Part shown: in pieces, positions 54,065-64,000 of the stretch | Layout: each line of letters opens with the position of its first letter | How positions within the stretch are numbered: position 1 is the first letter of the stretch | Source: Saccostrea cucullata | Taxonomy: Eukaryota | NCBI RefSeq assembly: GCF_032062105.1 | Contig: NW_026930720.1 | Span: 1-64,000, forward strand | Direction of reading: 5' to 3' | Length of the DNA stretch: 64,000 nt | Notes under the pieces: model-generated | Seen by the model: the letters and a program-made list of their open reading frames with translations, nothing else | What the model was told of the DNA's origin: nothing | Databases searched by the model: none | Made by a program: the position numbers and the translations under genes

Positions 54065-56859
54065 TGTTGAGAAGTAAGGATTTAAAATCAATTAATTTAT
54101 AGAAATCGATGGAACAATCAGTTCACCTCTTGTATCGAGGAGCTGCGATGTGTATATATCTTGTATATCTTTTGCATATTCTATGTTAGCTGCGCGGATT
54201 TTGGGGACAGACTAATTAATTACACATCTCCTATCAGGATGATGACAATTATCAGAGACGGGCACCTGTTCCTGTGTCAAAGATTTAAGATCGTTGTAAA
54301 TTCTCTATCTAGAAACTTAGTAGAATGATTTTATTAAATCAATATCATTTAGAAAGCTAAAATCTACTATATTTTTTTTTCTACAAGAGTCATGTATAAA
54401 CGATTTATTCATTCTTGTAATTAAAAATGAATGGAAAATAATGTCTTTCAAAAACTAAATATACTGCAGTTTTGACAATGACATAATTAAGAAACAAAAT
54501 TGATCAGTAATACTTGCGATCTTCCAGAGATGGCTTAAATAATATAAATTCTGTCTCATCAATCAAAACTATATATTTCCATGAAAAAATACACGTATAA
54601 GCACTATAGAATGTTATGCATTTATTTAAATTTTGAATCGGTTATCGGATCATCATTTTTTATCACTTGAAGAATTTTTGTTTTCTAAATGTAACTAGAA
54701 AATTAAAAATCATTTTGAATAAGTCTTAAATATTTTTTAAAATTATAATAATTACTTAGACATATTTCAAGGTACCCGAATTTGATCACGATAAGTAAAA
54801 AAAAAAACAACACAATTAAGATTGAATAATAAATCTTTATTCAAAATATTGCTTCCTTGTTAAGGAAAACTATCTGATTATAAAATTATACGCTAGTGAA
54901 AGAATTGCTAAATTGAGACTTAAATATCACTGAAAGGTGGCGGAAAGGTCACTGAAAGATGACAGAAAGGTCACTGAAAGTCGACGGAATGGTCACTGAA
55001 AGACGACGGAAAGGTCACTGAAAGTTGATGGAAAAGCCACTGAAAGTTGACGGAAATGTGTCCGCTGAATGGTGACTGAAAGGTATCTGAAATGTGACTG
55101 AAAGGCAACTGAAAGGTCACTGAAATTTATGTGCCTTTCAGTGGCTGAATGGCCACTGAAGAGTTACTGGAAGCCGCCTTTCAGTTTTAACTGAAAGGTC
55201 TTGTTTCTTCCTGTGAGTGTTCTAATCTTATCATGTTTACATATATATGTTTGTATTTTTTTATTACCTATGAACTTAACGTTTTTTTTATTTTAATTGT
55301 CAATTTTTTGTACCTTGGTAAATAAGATATTTTTCCCGGTATGAATCAAATACTATTCCGAAACGATGAACTATTTTAAATATATTATATTTAGCGTATA
55401 CGAAATTTGACGGAAATAAACTTTGAACAAGTAAGCGCAGATTTGATATAGCGCGTTTTTAAATGTTCTTTTTTATGCATATATGTGCAAGAGATTTATT
55501 GTCAAATGTAATGAATTTATGGTATATCTATTATTTTTGTCCTTAGTGCAAGCGAGCCATCGAGAGGATGAACTGATTTCAGATATGAGTAACATACTGT
55601 AGATTTCGAATTATATTCGAAAAATAAATTATATCATAATTTCGCCAAGAAACATAATTCTCAAAATAAAATTACCCGCTTAACTTTTTAACGTGCTGAA
55701 ACTCATAATAATTCTCTTGATCAAACCTTGTTAATCTCGCGATTTGGCGTTCCCTAGCGATTTCACGATAAGTACTTGCGAAAATTAAGGAATCTACAGT
55801 TTCTGCATCATCAAGAACATACATGTATCTTATGGCATGCAATACTTGCAGTTACATTTCTCTAATGAAAATATGTTTTTTGTATTACATTTTTCATACT
55901 TTCTGAAGTTTACACGTCCTTTTGTTAGCTACATATTTTTTAAAAAATATTTTTTTATAGATTAGACGTTTACTGTGCTATAGGAAATTTATTGTCAATA
56001 TTTGTTGTATTATGAAAATCAATATGCATTAATGTTTTACTGGATATGATGTTGTACTTTGCTTTGTATGTCAATTCTAATCAATCTATTGATAAATAAA
56101 TACAGTTAACACTAAATCTGCCTTACTTTACATAAGAAAGGGTATTGGCTGTACCAAGATCTGAAAAATTCTTCTCTTAGGATCACTTAAACATACAGTG
56201 AACACGAAGAATTTACTACACACCAGCAACGTTGTTTTACGCCCAAAGTATGCAGGGTAAATTAAAGCTTTATTTCGTGAAAACAACAGCATATTGAATT
56301 AATTAAAGCACGAAACCTAAGTTCGGCTTTTTGGGAACGAATCCCTTGCATTAAATATTTTCAAATTTGGAAACTAAAACTCATTCACGTACGTGTACAT
56401 CATCTGAAGTTAATTTACTGTATTGAAGCATGACAGAAGAAATTACTTTGCAGAAACAAATGTATATATGGGTATTTTCAAATGTCAAAAGTCTATGTAA
56501 AAGTTGAATAATGTTTTGTACACGAAAGCCTGAACTATCATATCTTATGTATAATAAATAACAAAGATGAACCAGTGGCCATGGAATGTTAAATATTTCC
56601 TCAGGTATTACAGCACTATATTGTTTTAAATAAAGATTAGTAGCTAAATAACCTGACCTGAAAACTCAAGTAACTTTTTCTGTCATTGACATATTGCATC
56701 TTGTCTGTCATTCGACTGTCCGTCCGTCTGTATTTTTTATAATATCATATTTCTTGTCAAGTACTACTGGATACAAAGGATTTTCCTCTTCTATCCCCCT
56801 GTTCATAGATATATACGACAAGGTGCGAAGTAATTATGATCAATGGTGCCTCCTTCAAA

Positions 56860-57152
56860 TTTAGTCGCATGCTAGGCGCAGTGTTTGAAGCTTCCGCTCT
56901 AGAGTCGCGAAGTTAGGAGTTGATCTTTACGTTGCGGGTTTGAGTCCCATTGTGGGACGTGGAGACCGATCCTTCGGATGAGACCGTATAAACCGAGGTC
57001 CCATGTCGCAGTAGGTGTTTACACGAAAAAGATCCTTCCCTCCTCAATGATCTTTTGTGCCAAGTATAAGACAAAATTTGAAGCTCTCCACTGGCAAGTG
57101 GTGGCGCCTCAATATGAGTGAAAAATTCTGGAGAGGGACGTTTAACAATAAA
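56860..57152 (+). mobile_element. tRNA-derived SINE with V-domain core
   Basis: B-box-like gggtttgagtccc, V-type core ggatgagaccgtataaaccgaggtccc, tail atatgagtgaaaaattct...aacaataaata. Confidence 0.75.
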
Positions 57153-57965
57153 TATTTCCATTTCCAATTGTTTTCCCTATGATAAACACTACAAAAGTGA
57201 ATCTTGTTTATTTCGCCGTGATTCCTGTGGCATGTAAATTTCTCTGTAGATTGAAATACTACTGAAAGGTCAAATGTCAAACTTGCATGTATATGATTGG
57301 CGTATAAATATATTGAAAAAACGATGTTTTGTTTAATTGTTTACTTAAGTAATTAGATTTGATGAATCTATTTACAAACAAAATAAATAATGAACTATCT
57401 TCGGATCAAAAGCAAGTCACTTGTGCAACGCTGTCCATTATCAACGAGGCCTCGCGAGACCGAGAACTTCACTTCCGTAAACATGTAAACAGCCCATCTG
57501 AAGCACATGGAGAAATCAGCATTGCCACGTAGATCACCCGATACAAACATCGTCCCTCAGTCATTACCATCCAACTTCTTATGCAATTCAATGTCCTCTG
57601 TTATTTTAACACACACAATTCTGTTGCCTTACCATGCTGACCAAATTCTGTTTCATCAACTGCAAAATTGCATTCAATATGGCGGCGGATCTAGGTCACA
57701 TATATAATTCAATTTAGCAAGATTGCTTTGATCGTAATATAATTTTGTTTTGTTTATTTTATACATGTTGATTTTGACTGCAGTATAATTTAATAATCAT
57801 TAAGATTGTTTCGTGTTTGTGGACTATTTTTTTATAAAATTTTTAATAAAAACTTTATAAAATTTGACGTCACATGTCGGCCAATGGAAAATAACATGGA
57901 ATGTATTGCGTATTTCCAATCTACTAAATATTGGACGATTACAAAAACAAATAAAAATGAAAATA

Positions 57966-58130
57966 TAAGGAATCACTGTCTAGTTTTGAGAGTTTGCCAG
58001 GGACATCAACAATAGTGGGAAACTTTTGATAATTTTAGCATAACGGGCTTCGCCCGTTATGCAAATTATCCCATGTTTCTCACTATTGTTGATGCCATGG
58101 CATACTCTCAAAACTAGACAGTGATTCCTT
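57966..58130. repeat. 165-bp imperfect palindrome (Crypton-like non-autonomous element end)
   Basis: aaggaatcactgtctagttttgagagt...gcataacgggc TTC gcccgttatgc...actctcaaaactagacagtgattcctt. Confidence 0.8.
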
Positions 58131-59278
58131 CAAAGACCAAAAAACCTTCAAATTTTTTACATTTGTAACCACAGAGTTAGAGGTTTTGGGGAAGAGAAGA
58201 GGGTCTATTTATTATATAGAGGTAGTGGATCATATCTGTGTTTACATGAAACTCTTATTCTCTGTTCCAAGGTATGTAGCAGATAAACCAAATACATGTA
58301 TATACTTATGAAAAGCAATGAGTGTCTCTTCCAATAGTGTTCATACCTCGGCGCCTTGGTCATAGTTCCGTTAGGGGAGCCCCATTGATAATATTGTACA
58401 CCTGCAATTTTTAAAATAAATTTCTCTCCCTCTGTGCTTAATTATGACCAAGTGTTTCTCTAGCAAAATTATGCAATTTGTATCCCAAGGTAAGAGGTTC
58501 AGTAGGGACGGGCTCTATTGAGTAAAAAGTAAAAATGTTGAAAAAAAAACTTTATTAAGAAAAAAACTTCTTTGGTGCTAGTTATCTAAGGAATGGATTA
58601 AATAGCCATCCGATTACTGTTACAGTATAACCTGGGAGGGGGTAGTGCACGTGTTCGCTTTACAAAGCATGGATTGGTTTATTAAAAGCGTAAACTTGAT
58701 TTACCAGTATTACTTGACTTAATATTTAATTTATTCCTAATAATTCAATTTTTAATAATTAACTTTATAGAAAACAAGACAATTTCTTCCTTAAAAGGAC
58801 TTCAATCATTCACCTATAAAACGTTACATTCATTACAAAGAATGAATGAATCTTTGTACAATAAATAATCAGTAAAAAAGGTCCGTGCAAGAGAGGAGTA
58901 GGGGACCTATCGACTAATATTCAACAGAACTAATTGTTTTGTTTGGTATATATGAAGATGGGAACAAATCGGGAAGAGTACAGGCAAATTAATAATATCA
59001 ACTTATTCTTTAATTTTTATTTTGTACTTTTCAGATTAGGTTGTTAGGGTACGTTTTTCGAAGCAACGACCTTAACAATGGAATTATTAATAATTCTATT
59101 GATTTGTTTCATACATTAAATGGTGTTCTTTAAATCATTTGACGGTAACTGTATCATATACAATACATTTTGCTTCTTGTTTATGAATCATTTAAATCAT
59201 GGAATCGATCTAATGATAAACCCCGCGCCAAATGTCTCAATACTGAGTAGTTTGGATATTCTAGTGGAAAATTCTAAA

Positions 59279-59584
59279 ATGATTTTTTTAAAGAATTACT
59301 TGTTCGTGGTCATTTTGTACACTCTTGCTAATGCATCGCTAAAAAACGGTTACGATAATCTAAAGTGGGGTAAACGACTTATTGGGAAACTACTCACAAC
59401 CATAGCACGGGTCAGTGTTCTTGATTGTGTAGAGGAATGCCTTACCCGCCCAGGATGTTGGTCATTCAACTATAAGCGGGCAGCTATATTTTGTGAACTG
59501 AACTACGATAGTGACAAAAGTTTAAATTTAAATCTCACAGACCAGGAGGGGTGGATATTTAGTCGAAGGGAAACATGGCCTTTG
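59279..59584 (+). CDS. Secreted protein, coding exon 1: signal peptide + PAN/apple-like domain
   Basis: MIFLKNYLFVVILYTLANA is a hydrophobic leader. CVEEC-x4-CWSFNY-x6-CELN fits the PAN cysteine pattern. Donor TTG|gtgagt, phase 0. Confidence 0.8.
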
Positions 59585-60149
59585 GTGAGTGTCCAAATAA
59601 TGTTTCTGAACAAAATGAAAACAATTTTATCGGATTGGAAAAAAAAACTTGAATGTCACGTAATCTTGTTTGGATTAAGCATCAAGAATAAATAACACAT
59701 AATTCAAATACATATGCGATATTTGTTAAGTTTAACAGCATAATGTTTGGTCAGGCCAAATAACTGAAGGAAAGTGCGAAAATGCAACTTTACAGCTCAC
59801 TACATTTTCATATAGTTTAAGGAATGTTTGAGGTTTTCTTACATCAAAGTTTCTTGGGACATTTTCAAGAATGTATTTTTAACATATTTCACAATTAAAA
59901 TTTCTAAATTAAATGTGCATTGACAGAAATATTTATAAACATCATTTTAGCTCTTCTGTGTAGGAGATTAAAAAAATGTCTCTGGTATGTATCTTTACTA
60001 AGAGGCAATCGGAAAACCAATCTTTCCCTTTATCTTATAATTTTGCGCTTTCATTTTGAATTTTTCAGGAGTTTTACTTCAAACACACATATTTAAATAA
60101 ACATAAATTCTAAAGAAATTTCATATATTTGTTTTTGATTTTTTAATAG

Positions 60150-60240
60150 GAACTAACTGGACCTTGTCAAAATTCAAATTGTGAAGTGAATGAAAAGTGT
60201 AAAAGAGGATCGTTCAATTCCTATAAATGTGAAGTGGCTC
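60150..60240 (+). CDS. Secreted protein, exon 2: short 4-Cys (EGF-like) module
   Basis: aatag acceptor and C|gtatgt donor, phase 0-1. Encodes ELTGPCQNSNCEVNEKCKRGSFNSYKCEVA. Confidence 0.75.
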
Positions 60241-61585
60241 GTATGTATTCCTTTAATATTAAAGATAAATGACTTTTTAGAAAACAAAATTTATCACTGA
60301 GTCAAATGATGTCTGCGATTTTCACACTAATTGTAAGCCTTTTTTACACTGAATTGACGATCGATTTTCCCGATATGTCCCTATCATGACACGGAGCACA
60401 CAGCAGGTATGACTCATTGCCAGGGGATGCACACTCCTTCATGGCACCTGAACCCTCCTCTGATGTTATGGAGGTCGGTCTGTGTTTGAATTTATTGCCA
60501 CTTTGTTTGGAAGTGAAGTGAAAGTTTCGTTATTTTGAAAGAAAAGTTGTTATGTTATACGAGTAATGCTATTAATAACTATTTATTAAAGTATTAAAGG
60601 ATTTCAAATAATGGTTGTCAATGCACAGCAATGTTTTGAGTTTTAGAAATAGGTTTGCCAGTGAAATTAAAATGATTGCCAGGCTATGATGATTGAATGG
60701 TTGTATTTTGTTTAACGCAATGTCGGCAATATTTCAGCCATATTTTGGCGGAATGAAATATGATGTTAAAAATTCACCTTGATAAAAAATCTTTACTACT
60801 CATATGTAAAACAAAGTCAGTAAGCGACAACAATAGGCCAAAAATCAATTAGATTAGATACTTTAAAAAATGTAACATAAGGCAATAATGCAGAGCTGCA
60901 AATTTTCTAGCAGTTTCATGTTGAGCAATAAATATGTACATGACTCTTAACAATGGAACGAATTAAATGAGTCTCGGACACAGATTTATACCTTATTAAA
61001 GGGATTCTAGGATAGTATGTCTGATTATCGGATAAAAGAGGCGTTTGGAGAACCAACAGAAATGACTAAAAACCAAAGCTTCAGGATCTGAGCGTCAAAT
61101 GTCGCAACCGCTGATTAACAATGCAAGCAGTTAGGCTTATGATAGGGATTGGGAAATCTTTAAAAAAATAATTTTGTGTTCTTTTGGAGGCCCTTATATT
61201 TTAGATGTACTTGAGATTTAGGATCTAAAAGACATTTAAATTCAAATGATTTTGTTAGAGTCACGATTCCTCACGGATTTACAAACACCACGATTTTTAT
61301 TTTGATGTCATCAATGTTTCGTCGACAGCTGTTTTTTATTCGTAAACCTAATAGAAAACAAGATTTTAAAAGATATTTTATTATTTTTTATGAATTCCAA
61401 AAAATAGAATTAGTGTTTTTTTTTTTTTTAATTCTTAACATAACAGGTTTAGAGAAACAAAAAGATGTTAAAAATATTTCGTTTTTCTGGGTCAACCTTC
61501 GTACTTGAGTTCTTTTTAAACATTTTTAGTCTACGCGCTAACATACTTACATACATGATATAGTTAAATATATTTCTTATTTCAG

Positions 61586-61765
61586 ACTGCCATCCTCTAC
61601 AGTTACGTCTTGCACACAACATCAAACCATTTGAATCTGAAAAATCTGTTGATTTCGGCAGCAGCCACGTGATTAAATGTGTTGAAGGTTATAACAAAAC
61701 AGGAGACGATGTCGTTAAATGTATGAGGAACGGTTTATGGAGTGAAGTCAACATTTATTGCCACA
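61586..61765 (+). CDS. Secreted protein, exon 3: Sushi/CCP domain
   Basis: tttcag acceptor and A|gttagt donor, 180 nt, phase 1-1. Encodes C-HP...FGSSHVIKCVEGY...VKCMRNGLWS...C, the CCP consensus C..GY..C..G.WS..C. Confidence 0.85.
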
Positions 61766-63286
61766 GTTAGTATCAAACTTATCAAAATACAATATATATA
61801 ATACTTTGTTTGATAACATATTACTTCACCATATTTTTTAATTCTTATCATGCTTATTTCAATAAAAAAAAATAAAATCAAGGATTCTTGACACTTTAGA
61901 CAACTGAATTCTCAACAAAAATTGAGCTGAGTATCGTTAATTCTTACAGTATTCTTTTGTTTGAATGGTTAGAAATTACTCTGTTCATATCAAACGGAGA
62001 TACAGCAAATCACTAGAAACTCTCTAATCGAATTTAAAATCTGAATTGAAAACAATCATTTTTTAGTTTATTTATCCTATGTAAACAAAACCATGATACA
62101 TGCGTTGTTTGTATAATAACGTATGGGAGCTCTTAAGTATTTGTAAACCAAAAAAAGTGGAAAATAGTATTTGAAAAATTTTAGCTGAAACCTTGTCTAT
62201 GTCCCTTTGAAACTTACCTGTGTAGATATTATGAATATTCCCTTATCTATCAAAAAGTCACTCAAGATTTGTTTTTTTTTAACATGGATTATACACCCTA
62301 TTTCAGTAGTACTTTTGTTTTATTCAAAATCCCCACACGCCCATGATCGGTCGTTTATCCGAGAAATCATGGACTTCGATGTTTGTTTTCTTTATAAGTA
62401 AATTATATTATAATTTATGTTTAAAATTTACTGTAAATCAATTCCAATACATAAAAGGAATAAATGATAATAATCAGAAAACATTCTGTTTACTTAGAAT
62501 AAACGTAGTTTGAAAAAAAATTATAGTGTTGTGCATGAAGATTTGGGTTAATAAACATGGGGATGAAGGAGTTGCCTATCCCGTTATATTATAGTTTATA
62601 GGTCCCACAAAATATTGTTTTTTGTACAAGAATATAAAATAAACGCTGTTGAAAAGACAAAAGATATTGATTAGTATTTACATCAGAGAAAGGAATATTA
62701 CTGCAGTCTTTCTGAAAATACTAAATAATTCAGTAAGTACTGGCTTTTTGTTCTTTATAAAAGACAAATGCGTAGCATTCATTCCTTTCAAGCATTGTTC
62801 TAATTGAAAACACATCAGCTATATATTCTATCCAACAGGTTTAAGTAATATTTTGAATCGATGCAATATATGGCGTACTTCATTTTATTGACATCAAATT
62901 CGAGAACCATTTTCTGTTGATTGTACAGTATTTGCTGTTTTCGAAATGTCATTAACAATCGGTAAAACCTATGCAATGAAATCCGATTTTATAAAAATAA
63001 TCCTCGAAGAAACTTTATTCTAGTTCTATTTTTTTCTTGCATTTTTTTTTTCAATATTTGCTTCCATTTATGTGTCTTGCGGAAAAAAAACTACTAACGT
63101 CAGACTTGTCTTGCATATATATTGTGTTTTAAGAAATTTTCTCAATTTTGATGTAAACTTCATGTCCATTTTAGTAAATTCATCGTAAATTGTTGTAAAA
63201 TCCTAAATGTTGCCTCATCTGGCAAAATTTTAGGAACGAGTTAAGTTCGAATTTAGAAAAAAGTTTAAATTTTAAGCAGAAAATGC

Positions 63287-63927
63287 AAACCATTTAAGAT
63301 TTTTTCTAGTTTAATTTAGATGAATTAAACATTAACAGCTGTGTTTTTTAATGCTCATGCGTTAGTTCTAATTATTTAATTATTTTATACATTCCATTCA
63401 AAATCTGTTAATATTTGATTATCTTAAAAGAGAAAATTGATGATAAATAATTGTGCGAGAGGTACTGATATATTTTATGTTTATAGTTAGAAGTGTTTAT
63501 ATAAATTTCCAATTCAACATGTAACTATGTAAATATATAGTGTTTAGTAGTTAAACTATACTCTCTCTCTCTCTCTTGTAAACTGTGACATATTTAACTG
63601 TTTTTTTTTATATTTCATCACATGCTTTAAGTTAGAATTAAATCAGACAGACATGTAAACCATTTAAGATTTTTTCTAGTTTAATTTAGATGAATTAAAC
63701 ATTAACAGCTGTGTTTTTTAATGCTCATGCGTTAGTTCTCCATACATTCCATTCAAAATCTGTTAATATTTCTTATCTTAAAAGAGAAAATAATGATAAT
63801 TGTGCGAGAGGTACTGATATATTTTATGTTTATAGTTAGAACTAGTTTGTAAACTGTGACATATGCTAACTGTTTTTTTTTATATTTCATCACATGCTTT
63901 AAGTTAGAATTAAATCAGACAGACATG
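63287..63927 (+). repeat. Recent tandem duplication (~370-bp copy plus ~270-bp copy)
   Basis: aaaccatttaagattttttctag...atcagacagacatgt occurs at 63287-63656 and 63657-63927; the second copy lacks two internal blocks. Confidence 0.9.
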
Positions 63928-64000
63928 TTTTTTTTTTATTTTGATATAATTATGCATTCACAATTACATATTAAAAAATTCAGGAAACAAGAAAAATGGT

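Larger units (their letters stand above)
53478..55215. mobile_element. CACAG-terminated (CACTA/CMC-like) non-autonomous element, AGT TSD
   Basis: agt|cacaggatgaaa ... tttcttcctgtg|agt. Arrays of ACTGAA/TTCAGT subterminal repeats at 53490-53650 and 54925-55200. Confidence 0.8.

Noticed and set aside
60340-60490. GC-richer intronic segment, possible ncRNA
   Set aside because: It resembles a degenerate interspersed repeat end; no recognisable RNA family motif.

Overview
AT-rich, repeat-dense eukaryotic genomic DNA. The repeat families and gene content suggest a bivalve, most likely an oyster (inference from recalled repeat families, not a database search). There are two host genes. (1) The last three coding exons of an intact HSPA12-like (atypical Hsp70) gene on +, at 6476-6694, 11574-11718 and 29955-31024; its 18.2-kb last intron is packed with nested transposons. 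(2) The 5' exons of a secreted PAN/apple + Cys-rich + Sushi/CCP protein on +, at 59279-61765. The rest is mobile DNA: a decayed non-LTR retrotransposon (-), a decayed Gypsy gag-pol with a chromodomain-like tail and no visible LTRs (-), Helentron-like elements carrying 145-170 bp satellite monomers, many non-autonomous TIR elements with identifiable TSDs (Harbinger-, CACTA/CMC-, Mutator-, mariner- and TTAA-type), and V-type SINEs. The most unusual signals are a set of roughly 90-165 bp palindromes, several capped by C-GAA-G DNA triloops; about 10-fold excess of the octamer TACATGTA; and a tRNA-like unit inside a CACTA-like element that has itself been hit by a poly(A) retro-insertion with a 13-bp TSD. 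There are no prokaryotic-type systems or CRISPR arrays.
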